A stretch of 41,538 nt of DNA. It comes from Clostridia bacterium (GTDB lineage: Bacteria > Bacillota > Clostridia > Christensenellales > UBA1242). A model generated the notes under the pieces. It was given only the letters and a program-made list of their open reading frames with translations. It made no database searches and was not told where the DNA came from. The position numbers were made by a program, and so were the translations under genes. The stretch is from NCBI GenBank assembly GCA_045598865.1, contig JAZRVA010000013.1, forward strand, positions 1 through 41,538, read 5' to 3'. The first letter of the stretch is position 1, and every line of letters begins with the position of its first letter. Positions 27,070 through 35,452 of the stretch are shown piece after piece.

Positions 27070-28104
27070 ATGGTAGAATTTAAGGGTACGCTTTCAGAAG
27101 ATGTAAAACACAAGGCTTTTTTGTATCATCAAAGAAAAATTGCAAAAAAAGTTTTAGTTGGAACTTTTGTTGTTGCGTTTTTGACACTTGCTTATTCGCT
27201 TTTATTTGGTTTTAATTTTGATTATTTGTTTAAAGAAAGTTCGTTGTTTTTGGCACTTTTAACAGCAACTGTAATTCTTCTTATATTTTCAATTGTTTAT
27301 TTTTTAAAACCTGTGTCAAAAACTATTATGCAAAAAGAATACAATTTTTCAATTTTGTTTGATGGTTCAAAGGTTATTTATGCTCCTTTGTCGGCTAGTT
27401 ATGGCAAAAGAGAATTTGGCACTGTTATGATTAACAAATTTGAGGAGTTTGACGATTTTTATTACCTAAAAACAGAAGGTAGAAATGAACCTTACATCTG
27501 TGAAAAACGCCTTCTAGTGCAAGGTGATTTTGAAGAGTTTAAAGCAATTCTTAAAAATGCAAAATTTAAGAAAGTGGAAACTTCGCCTGTCAAGAAAGAA
27601 GACGCAGAAAATGCCTCATCGCAAACTGCAAACTTGGAGGGCTCTCAAAACTTGCAAACAAATTTAAGCGGTGAAGAAAAGGTTAATAACTCTTTAGCAA
27701 AAACAAGATTTGGCAGAAAAATTAGGCAAAGATTGCCAAGAGAAAAAGAATATAGATGGGCAGTTGCTTCAATAATTTGTTCTATTGCCTCGGTGGCACT
27801 TGTTCAACCGTTTTTAACAGTTGGTTTTAGCGTTATTGATGTGTTAATTCCCAAAATAGCAACGTTCTTTTTTAGCCACGTTGTAGAGTTGTTTACAGCC
27901 GTGTTTGCCGTGGTGGGAACGGCTGTGAGCACGTTTGTGCTTGTTTTTGGTCTGCTTCTTTTAATGCCAATAGGTGGCCTTTTAAGTTTAATATTTTCCA
28001 TTGTTCAGCTTACCAGAAACAGAAGATGGTGGAGTTGGTTTTCGTTTGCAGTTTCGCTTGCTTCGATAGCAGTAATTTTTGTTCAAATTGCAACCTTTAA
28101 TTAG
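27070..28104 (+). CDS. Membrane protein: 2 TM + YcxB-like domain + linker + further C-terminal TM helices
   Basis: AGGAG RBS. 'INKFEEFDDFYYL...YICEKRLL..GDFEEFKAIL' resembles YcxB-like domains. Hydrophobic C-terminal third. Confidence 0.65.
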   Translation: MVEFKGTLSEDVKHKAFLYHQRKIAKKVLVGTFVVAFLTLAYSLLFGFNFDYLFKESSLFLALLTATVILLIFSIVYFLKPVSKTIMQKEYNFSILFDGSKVIYAPLSASYGKREFGTVMINKFEEFDDFYYLKTEGRNEPYICEKRLLVQGDFEEFKAILKNAKFKKVETSPVKKEDAENASSQTANLEGSQNLQTNLSGEEKVNNSLAKTRFGRKIRQRLPREKEYRWAVASIICSIASVALVQPFLTVGFSVIDVLIPKIATFFFSHVVELFTAVFAVVGTAVSTFVLVFGLLLLMPIGGLLSLIFSIVQLTRNRRWWSWFSFAVSLASIAVIFVQIATFN

Positions 28105-28157
28105 TGAAAATAATAAAAAGATATAAAAAGAAATATATAAAAAAGGAAATTTAAAAC

Positions 28158-29810
28158 ATGACAGATATAGAAATTGCAAATAGTATTACTCCAAAAAAAA
28201 TTACAGAAGTTGCAAAAACCTTGGGTGTAAAAGAAGAAGATTTGGAGTTATATGGCAACTATAAAGCAAAAATAAACAATTTTAACTTAAACCCAAACGC
28301 AAAATTAGTTTTGGTAACTGCCATTAACCCAACCAGTGCAGGCGAAGGAAAAACAACTGTTTCAATAGGTCTTGCAGATGGCATGAAACTGCTAAATAAA
28401 AACGTGTGCTTGGCATTAAGGGAACCTTCACTAGGCCCTGTGTTTGGTGTTAAAGGTGGTGCAACCGGTGGCGGTTATAGTCAGGTTCTTCCAATGGAAG
28501 ATATAAACTTGCATTTTACGGGAGACTTTCACGCCATTACAAGCGCAAACAATCTCCTGTGTTCTTTTATAGATAACAGCATTTTTCAGGGTAATTTGCT
28601 TGGCATTAATCCAGAAAAAATTGTTTTTAATAGATGTTTAGATTTAAACGATAGAGCATTAAGAACTGTTCAAGTTGGTTTGAGTGGCAAAACAGAAACT
28701 CCAAGGTTAGACAGATTTAATATCACCGCCGCAAGCGAAATTATGGCAATTTTGTGCCTTTGCAAGGATATGCAAGACCTAAAAGAAAGGTTAGGCAATA
28801 TTTTGGTTGCTTACACTTATGATAATAAGCCTGTGTATGCAAAAGATTTAAAATGCAATGGTGCAATGGCAGTTATTTTAAAGGATGCAATAAAACCAAA
28901 TTTGGTTCAAACTTTAATTGGAACACCGGCAATTGTTCACGGTGGCCCTTTTGCAAATATTGCACACGGATGTAACACAATAATTGCCACAAAACTTGCC
29001 ATGACTTATGCTGATTATGTGGTAACAGAAGCAGGGTTCGGCGCGGATTTGGGCGCACAAAAGTTTTTAGACACAAAATGTAGAATAGCAGGCTTAAAAC
29101 CAAACGCTGTTGTGGTTGTTGCCACAATCAGGGCTCTTAAATTGCATGGCGGGGCAGAAAAAGATAGTTTAAACCAAGAAAACTTGCAGGCACTAAAACT
29201 TGGTTTGCCAAACCTGATTAAACATGTGGAAAATATAAAAGATGTTTACAAGCTTCCAGTTGTTGTTGCTATTAACAAATTTACTTTTGATACAGAAAAA
29301 GAAATTGAACTTGTAAAAGAAGAAGTGAAAAAACTTGGCGTTAAAGCAATTTTAAGTGATGTTTGGGCAAAGGGTGGCAACGGCGCCACAGACCTTGCGC
29401 AAGAAGTTTTGAAGTTGTGTGACGAAGATAATTCAAAATTTAGTTTTAGTTATAACTTAGAAGACACAATAGAAAACAAAATACAAATGATTGCAAAGCG
29501 AATTTATGGTGCAAAAGGCGTTGTGTTTACTGACAACGCAAAAGAAAATTTAAAAGACATAAAGTCATTAAAAGTTTACAATAATCTTCCAGTTATCATA
29601 GCAAAAACGCAATATTCTTTAAGTGATAACCAAAAACTTGTTGGCCGTCCGCAAGATTTTGAAATTACAATAAACGAGGTGCAATTAAGGTCCGGGGCAA
29701 ACTTCTTGGTTGCAGTTGCGGGTTCCATGATGTTAATGCCGGGGCTTTCCAAAAACCCTGCCGGTGCAAACATGGATATAAACAATGGCATAATAACAGG
29801 TTTATTTTAA
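28158..29810 (+). CDS. fhs: Formate--tetrahydrofolate ligase
   Basis: TAINPTSAGEGKTT, LREPSLGP, INLHFTGD, HGGPFANIAHG, VTEAGFGADLG, AKTQYSLSD, MPGL. Confidence 0.98.
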   Translation: MTDIEIANSITPKKITEVAKTLGVKEEDLELYGNYKAKINNFNLNPNAKLVLVTAINPTSAGEGKTTVSIGLADGMKLLNKNVCLALREPSLGPVFGVKGGATGGGYSQVLPMEDINLHFTGDFHAITSANNLLCSFIDNSIFQGNLLGINPEKIVFNRCLDLNDRALRTVQVGLSGKTETPRLDRFNITAASEIMAILCLCKDMQDLKERLGNILVAYTYDNKPVYAKDLKCNGAMAVILKDAIKPNLVQTLIGTPAIVHGGPFANIAHGCNTIIATKLAMTYADYVVTEAGFGADLGAQKFLDTKCRIAGLKPNAVVVVATIRALKLHGGAEKDSLNQENLQALKLGLPNLIKHVENIKDVYKLPVVVAINKFTFDTEKEIELVKEEVKKLGVKAILSDVWAKGGNGATDLAQEVLKLCDEDNSKFSFSYNLEDTIENKIQMIAKRIYGAKGVVFTDNAKENLKDIKSLKVYNNLPVIIAKTQYSLSDNQKLVGRPQDFEITINEVQLRSGANFLVAVAGSMMLMPGLSKNPAGANMDINNGIITGLF

Positions 29811-29821
29811 TAATAAAAAAC

Positions 29822-29868
29822 AAACAAAAAAGAACATTCTCCTTTTAAGAGAGTGTTCTTTTTTGTTT
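29822..29868 (+). terminator. Intrinsic terminator
   Basis: aaacaaaaaagaacattctc-cttttaa-gagagtgttcttttttgttt. Confidence 0.85.
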
Positions 29869-29975
29869 ACTCTCGTTAGAGTTCAGTTCTAGAAATTTTA
29901 TATAAACAATATTTAAATTATTCTTGTTTAATTTTGTTAGGTTAGTTATATTATATAACATAAAAGGGTTACGTT

Positions 29976-30866
29976 ATGAAAAAGTTTGAAGTAAGCGCAG
30001 ATAGCACTTGTGACCTTTATGCACAAGAAATTAAACAAATGGGAATAGAGGTTGAGCCAGTAAGTTTTGTTTTAACAAAAGACGATGAACTGATAGACGA
30101 AAAAGATGCCTTTATTTCTTTTGAAGAGTATGAAAATTTTTATCAAAAACTTGCAAATGGATATATTGCCAAAACTTCTGTTTTAAATGTTCAATCGCAC
30201 GTGGATTTGTTCACAAGATGTGCAAAAAAAGGAATTAAAAAACTCTTACATATTTGCATTAGTTATGGCCTGAGCCCATTTTTAGATAATGCAAACAAGG
30301 CAATAGAAATTGTTAAAAAAGACTTTCCGGGCATAGAGTATGTGGCAATAGATGCAAACACCACAACGTGCACCGAAGGTTTTATTGTAAAAGCAGCTGT
30401 AAAACTTCGTGACGAGGGCAAATCTTTGCAAGAGGCAGCAGAAATAATAACTGGATTAAGAAATAAAACTCAACATTTTATTTTGGCAAATGACCTCAAA
30501 TTTTTGGCTCGTGGCGGAAGAATAAGCGCAGCGGCTGCAAGCATTGGTTCTTTATTCCAAGTAAAGCCTGTTATTTGTTTTAACAAACAGGGTAAACTTC
30601 AAATTGTGAGAAAGGAAATTGGCCTTAAAAAGGCAATGATTTCTGTTGTAAATGAGTTTAAAAGTTTTACACTTAACAAAGATTTTCCATATGTTACAAT
30701 TGTTCACACAGGAAACATAACTGCCGCAAAAGAAATGCAGCAAATGTTTAAACAAAAGTATGGGTTAGAAGTGGAAATAAGATATATGGGTCCAATAATT
30801 TCTGCCCACGTGGGGCCAAATGGCGTTGCCTACACGTTTGTTTCAAACGAAGAAAGACCTTTTTAG
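29976..30866 (+). CDS. DegV/FakB-family fatty-acid-binding protein
   Basis: ADSTCDL, AKTS, LKFLARGGRIS, VKPVI, ISAHVGPN. Confidence 0.93.
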   Translation: MKKFEVSADSTCDLYAQEIKQMGIEVEPVSFVLTKDDELIDEKDAFISFEEYENFYQKLANGYIAKTSVLNVQSHVDLFTRCAKKGIKKLLHICISYGLSPFLDNANKAIEIVKKDFPGIEYVAIDANTTTCTEGFIVKAAVKLRDEGKSLQEAAEIITGLRNKTQHFILANDLKFLARGGRISAAAASIGSLFQVKPVICFNKQGKLQIVRKEIGLKKAMISVVNEFKSFTLNKDFPYVTIVHTGNITAAKEMQQMFKQKYGLEVEIRYMGPIISAHVGPNGVAYTFVSNEERPF

Positions 30867-30996
30867 TTAAAGCAAGCAATGTGTCTCTAACTTCTTTTAA
30901 TCAAAATAATTAGAGTGTAAAATTAGTTTTAAAAAAAACATATATCACATTTTGCAAAAAGTGTGATATATTTTTTTGTGTAAGGAAAATGTTTTT

Positions 30997-31872
30997 ATGA
31001 TTTGTAACGATTGCCCAAGAAAGTGCAATGTAAATTTGAATAACGCAGTTGGTTTTTGTTCCAAGCAACAAAACACAATTAGGGTTGCCAAGGTTATGCG
31101 CCATTTTTGGGAGGAACCAACGATTGTAGGCAAAAATGGTAGCGGGGCGGTGTTCTTTAGCCATTGCAATTTAAAATGCAAGTTTTGTCAAAACCACCAA
31201 ATTTCTTTTGATGGTCAAGGCAGAGATTTTAGCATAAAAGAGTTTGCAAATCTTTTAAAAAGAATAGATGCCACAAAGGTGGAGAATATAAATCTGGTAA
31301 CTCCCACTCATTACACATCTCAAATTTTGCAGGCATTTAATATTTATAAGCCACAAAAAACAATTGTGTGGAATACCAGCGGTTACGAACATAATTTAGA
31401 ACGATTAAAAGGTATCGTGGATGTTTTTTTGTTTGATGTTAAATATTATGATAATAATTTGGCTCTTCATTGTTCTAAGGCAGGCAACTATTTTGAAATA
31501 TGCCTAAAAGCATTAAAACAAGCAAGAGAAATTGTGGGCCCAGACGTAATAGAAAATTCTGTTATGAAAAGGGGTATAATAGTTAGACACTTAATTTTGC
31601 CAAACCACACAGAAGACAGTATAAAAATTTTTGAAAATATCAAAAAAGAAATTGGCACAGACGTTTGCATAAGCTTAATGAGCCAATATGTTCCAATGCA
31701 TTTAGCAAAACAAGATGAAAGTTTAAACAGGCCTATTAGCAAGTTGGAATATAAAAAAGTTTTTAATTCTATTATAAAAATGGGTTTTAAAAACGGTTTT
31801 TGGCAAGAATTTTCAAGTGCCACAAAGGAATATACACCAAATTTTAGCCAAGATAAATTTTTTGAACTTTAA
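30997..31872 (+). CDS. PflX-like radical SAM protein (pyruvate formate-lyase activating enzyme-related)
   Basis: CNDCPRKC, HFWEEP, GAVFFSHCNLKCKFCQN (CxxxCxxC), NINLVTPTH, IVRHLILP, SLMSQYVP. AAGGA RBS gives ATG 30997. Confidence 0.9.
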   Translation: MICNDCPRKCNVNLNNAVGFCSKQQNTIRVAKVMRHFWEEPTIVGKNGSGAVFFSHCNLKCKFCQNHQISFDGQGRDFSIKEFANLLKRIDATKVENINLVTPTHYTSQILQAFNIYKPQKTIVWNTSGYEHNLERLKGIVDVFLFDVKYYDNNLALHCSKAGNYFEICLKALKQAREIVGPDVIENSVMKRGIIVRHLILPNHTEDSIKIFENIKKEIGTDVCISLMSQYVPMHLAKQDESLNRPISKLEYKKVFNSIIKMGFKNGFWQEFSSATKEYTPNFSQDKFFEL

Positions 31873-31917
31873 AAAAATGGTTAAAAATGTGTAAAATATC
31901 CAAATTTATTTTTGATA

Positions 31918-31946
31918 TTGACTTGACAATGCTTGTGTGTTAAAAT
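31918..31946 (+). promoter_or_regulatory. Sigma-A promoter
   Basis: TTGACT (31918-31923), 17 bp, TG-n-TAAAAT (31938-31946). Confidence 0.75.
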
Positions 31947-31983
31947 TTTATCGTTAGAAATTTTTTGTTTTTCGGAGGGCAAA

Positions 31984-33147
31984 ATGCTTCAAACATTCTT
32001 AAATATTTTAAGTATAATAGGAATCATTGCAGTTGCAGCTTTTGTTATAATATTTTTGTCGGATTTGTTCATAACAATCATAGATGGAACAAACGGCATA
32101 TTTTTTAAAAGAAATAAAAACAAAAACTTTTTTGAAGAGGAAAAATCTGTAAAAAGGCCAGTGTTACTTAATAGTCCAAAAGAATATCAAAATGGGCAAG
32201 AAACCTTGCAAGAAAATCAAAGTTTAATCAACAATCAAGCAGCACAAAACAAGTTTGATAACGAAGTTGATATGGATGAAGCTGCAAGGGAAGAACAACT
32301 TGCAAAACAAAGAGCAGAAGAAAGCAGAAAAAATGTTGTAGAAGCAAGAACCGCCACCCCAACACCTATCATCACACCAGCACCTGCTCAAACCATAAAG
32401 GTTGAAAAAGAAGAAGAACCAGAAGAAGACATAGATAAAATTATAAGTGAAATTTCAAAACAAACATTAGTTTTGTTAGAACAAGAAAAACCAACCGTTG
32501 TTGAAGTTAAAGAAGATGAAACACTTAAACAAAAACAAAAAGAACTTGAAGAACAAATAGAAAAACTTAAAAACCAAATAGAAGAAGACAAATCAACTAT
32601 TGCCAACCTTGAAGAAAAAGTAAAAAATGCTCCAACAAAAACAGAGGTTAAAACAGAAATTAAAACAATTAAAGTTGTAACAGGAAATAAAGAAGATTTA
32701 GAAAAACGTTTGGAAGATTTAAAACAAAGGCTTAAAGAAAACGAAAAAGAACTTAGTATAAACAGAAAAGAGTTTGTTCCTCTAAGACGTGTTAACATGA
32801 CGTTGGAAAGTGACAAAAAGAAGTTAAGAAGAAGAGAAGCCATTGTTGCAAAACAAAAAGTTGTTTTGTATGGCGTAAACAATTATGTTGATATTAACGA
32901 AGAAAAGGCAAAAAAATTGTCTGAGGAACTTGACTTGTTAGAAGGGTTAAGACTTTCCGTTCAACACTGTGAAGAAGTTATGCAAAAGAATAAGGATAGA
33001 TACCCAATTTTGGAAAGAGCAAACAAATTCTTGGTTAAAAATAATGAAGATTTAAAAACAGATATCAAAAACTTAGAAGAACAAATAGCAGAACTTGAAA
33101 AGCAAGAAAACAATTCAGATTCTGACGATGCAAACACAAACGAATAA
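31984..33147 (+). CDS. N-terminally membrane-anchored coiled-coil protein
   Basis: GGAGG RBS gives ATG 31984. Hydrophobic first ~35 aa, Pro/Thr linker, long Glu/Lys heptad repeats. Confidence 0.8.
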   Translation: MLQTFLNILSIIGIIAVAAFVIIFLSDLFITIIDGTNGIFFKRNKNKNFFEEEKSVKRPVLLNSPKEYQNGQETLQENQSLINNQAAQNKFDNEVDMDEAAREEQLAKQRAEESRKNVVEARTATPTPIITPAPAQTIKVEKEEEPEEDIDKIISEISKQTLVLLEQEKPTVVEVKEDETLKQKQKELEEQIEKLKNQIEEDKSTIANLEEKVKNAPTKTEVKTEIKTIKVVTGNKEDLEKRLEDLKQRLKENEKELSINRKEFVPLRRVNMTLESDKKKLRRREAIVAKQKVVLYGVNNYVDINEEKAKKLSEELDLLEGLRLSVQHCEEVMQKNKDRYPILERANKFLVKNNEDLKTDIKNLEEQIAELEKQENNSDSDDANTNE

Positions 33148-33153
33148 TTTTAG

Positions 33154-33193
33154 TATAAAAAAAACCCTGCCTAGCTGTGCAGGGTTTTTTATA
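33154..33193 (+). terminator. Intrinsic terminator
   Basis: tataaaaaaaaccctgc...gcagggttttttata. Confidence 0.85.
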
Positions 33194-33279
33194 CTTAAAT
33201 TTAGTTTTTTAAAAACGTTGCAAAAAGTTTTAATAAATGCAAATTTATGATATCATAATTTTATAAAAGGAATATTTTT

Positions 33280-34152
33280 ATGGCGTTTAAAATTGCTTTT
33301 TGGAAGAAACAGCCCGTAAAACATAAAAAAGTTAAAGTCGGTTTGGCACTCGGTGGCGGTGCCGCCAGAGGCATTGCTCACATCGGAGTTATAAAAGCCT
33401 TCCAGGAAAGGGGCATAGATTTTGACTTTGTTGCTGGCACAAGCGCAGGTTCTGTGATAGGTGCATTTTACGCAGCTGGCACCAGTGCAGAGCAAATGAT
33501 TTCTATTGCAAAGTCACTCAAAGTTAAAGATATAAGAAAAAGCAAATTTTTCATGCCATCAAAAACAACGGGAATAGAAAGTTTAATAACAGAAAATTTA
33601 GGAGAAATAAACATAGAAGACCTCAAAAAACCATTTTGCGCTGTCACTGTGGATTTGGTTGCCGCTAGGGAGGTAGTTTTTACTCACGGACCATTGGCAA
33701 AAATCGTTGCGGGAAGCTGTGCAATACCTGGTGTTTTTAATCCAGTGGTCTTAGATAATTTCCACTTGGTAGATGGTGGGTTGCAAAATAATATTCCTGC
33801 TGATGTGCCAAGATATTTTGGGTGTGACTATGTGGTGGCGGTAGATGTCAATTCCACCCGTGGTGGCGGAACAGAGTCTTTAAAACTCGTGGATGTTTTA
33901 AAAACCACAATTGGCATAATGAATAAGGCAAATTCTGTAAAAGGTTACTTGGATTCCGACATAATAATTCTGCCTAGTATGAAAAAATATAAATCCACAA
34001 AATTAGACGAAGTTGACGAAATGATAGCAGAAGGATATAAAGCCGGCTTGGATTGCGCAGACAAGATATTAGAACTAATAAGCAAAAGGCCAAAAAGATT
34101 TTTAAGAAAGAAAAACAAACTAATCCAAAAACAGAAACCTCAAATAGATTAA
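33280..34152 (+). CDS. Patatin-like phospholipase (RssA/NTE-type)
   Basis: LGGGAARG, GTSAG (catalytic Ser), SCAIPGVF, LVDGG (catalytic Asp). Confidence 0.93.
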   Translation: MAFKIAFWKKQPVKHKKVKVGLALGGGAARGIAHIGVIKAFQERGIDFDFVAGTSAGSVIGAFYAAGTSAEQMISIAKSLKVKDIRKSKFFMPSKTTGIESLITENLGEINIEDLKKPFCAVTVDLVAAREVVFTHGPLAKIVAGSCAIPGVFNPVVLDNFHLVDGGLQNNIPADVPRYFGCDYVVAVDVNSTRGGGTESLKLVDVLKTTIGIMNKANSVKGYLDSDIIILPSMKKYKSTKLDEVDEMIAEGYKAGLDCADKILELISKRPKRFLRKKNKLIQKQKPQID

Positions 34153-34155
34153 GTT

Positions 34156-35250
34156 ATGAACAAAATTCAAAATAGAAAAACCAAATTTGTTTTAAAATTA
34201 AGCATATATCTTTGTATATGTTTAATTTTGCTGTGCAGTTTGTTTTTTACAAATCAAATAGAGGCTATTTTAAATAATAATCAATTTTTCTATTCTCAGC
34301 AGTTTAAATCTTCAAATTTAAAAATTAGTTTTATTGATGTGGGGCAGGGGGATTGCACTTTTATTCAAGTAGAAAATAAGTCTGTTATGATAGATTGCGC
34401 CACAAATGATAATGCAGACAAAGTAATAAGGTATTTAAAAAATTTGGGCTATAACAAATCTTCCACAATAGACTATTTAATTTTAACCCACCCAGATTCA
34501 GACCACATTGGTGGCGCTAGCAAAATTTTGCAAGAATATAATGTTAAAAACATATTTATTCCAGAAGTATATTCACAATTTGAAGTTAAAAACAATTTGG
34601 CAGTAAACGATTTTTGGGTGGATTATTCACAGGTGTGGGAACAAACAATAAAAGCGGTTTACCAAGAAGTTGGGCAAAATCACTTGTTTTATAACTTTGC
34701 CGGCAAAACAATAGAAGGCGAAAACTTCCGTTTTGAGTTTTATTACCCAACTTTACATAAAATAAAAGAGGAATATTCGTCAAACGATTACAGCCCAATT
34801 ATAATGCTTTCTGCGTTTAATGTTAAAACGCTGTTTACAGCAGATATAGATTCAAACATAGAAAACTTATTTGTCACACAAAACCAAACCTTGGTAGATG
34901 AAGATTATTTTGATTGCGATATTTTAAAGGTTGCCCACCATGGCAGCCGGGGCTCTACGTCTCAAAAATTCTTAGATGCCACAAGGCCAGATATTGCAAT
35001 AATCAGCAGTAGTTGGGATAATTCCTATAATCACCCAACAAACGAAGTAATAAATAGGTTAGATGGCATAGGTGCCACAATATTAAGAACCGACACCATG
35101 GGCACAAGTGTTGTTTATCTTCAACAAAATCTGTTACAAATCAAAACAAATTTTTGTTTTGTTGGAAACTTTTATTTTGAGTGGTTGCCATTTGTCGTCG
35201 GCATAATTTTTTGTTTAGGCGCTATACTTACTTTTAAAATTAAGGGGTAA
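34156..35250 (+). CDS. ComEC/Rec2-like metallo-beta-lactamase-fold hydrolase with N- and C-terminal TM
   Basis: FIDVGQGDC, LTHPDSDHIGG, NDYS, KVAHHGS, YNHP, ILRTD. Confidence 0.88.
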   Translation: MNKIQNRKTKFVLKLSIYLCICLILLCSLFFTNQIEAILNNNQFFYSQQFKSSNLKISFIDVGQGDCTFIQVENKSVMIDCATNDNADKVIRYLKNLGYNKSSTIDYLILTHPDSDHIGGASKILQEYNVKNIFIPEVYSQFEVKNNLAVNDFWVDYSQVWEQTIKAVYQEVGQNHLFYNFAGKTIEGENFRFEFYYPTLHKIKEEYSSNDYSPIIMLSAFNVKTLFTADIDSNIENLFVTQNQTLVDEDYFDCDILKVAHHGSRGSTSQKFLDATRPDIAIISSSWDNSYNHPTNEVINRLDGIGATILRTDTMGTSVVYLQQNLLQIKTNFCFVGNFYFEWLPFVVGIIFCLGAILTFKIKG

Positions 35251-35320
35251 AGTTATTGTTTTAAAACTAAAAAATACATTTTGCACAAATATTATTTTTG
35301 TGCAAGGTTTACAAAATAAA

Positions 35321-35369
35321 CCACAATATATAGTGCTTGTGGTTTTTTTGTTGACACTAAATATTGTGG
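35321..35369 (+). promoter_or_regulatory. Tandem NrdR boxes overlapping the nrdD promoter
   Basis: ccacaatatatagtgc (35321-35336) and acactaaatattgtgg (35354-35369) match acaCwAtATaTwGtgt, 33 bp apart. TTGACA at 35351. Confidence 0.9.
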
Positions 35370-35452
35370 TGTGATAAATTCAAGGCAGTTAAGCTTTATT
35401 TTGGCAATCAGCCTTAAAACTTAAAAATAAAAAAATAAGGGACTATAAAAAA

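Noticed and set aside
28105-28157. ZTP or THF riboswitch before fhs; cobalamin riboswitch before nrdD
   Set aside because: The fhs spacer is only ~50 bp of A-rich sequence, and the nrdD upstream region is explained by NrdR boxes with no B12-box motif.
32388-32882. 164-aa antisense ORF and the many other 60-140 aa antisense or overlapping ORFs in the track
   Set aside because: Shadows of real genes caused by codon bias, with no RBS or recognisable motifs.
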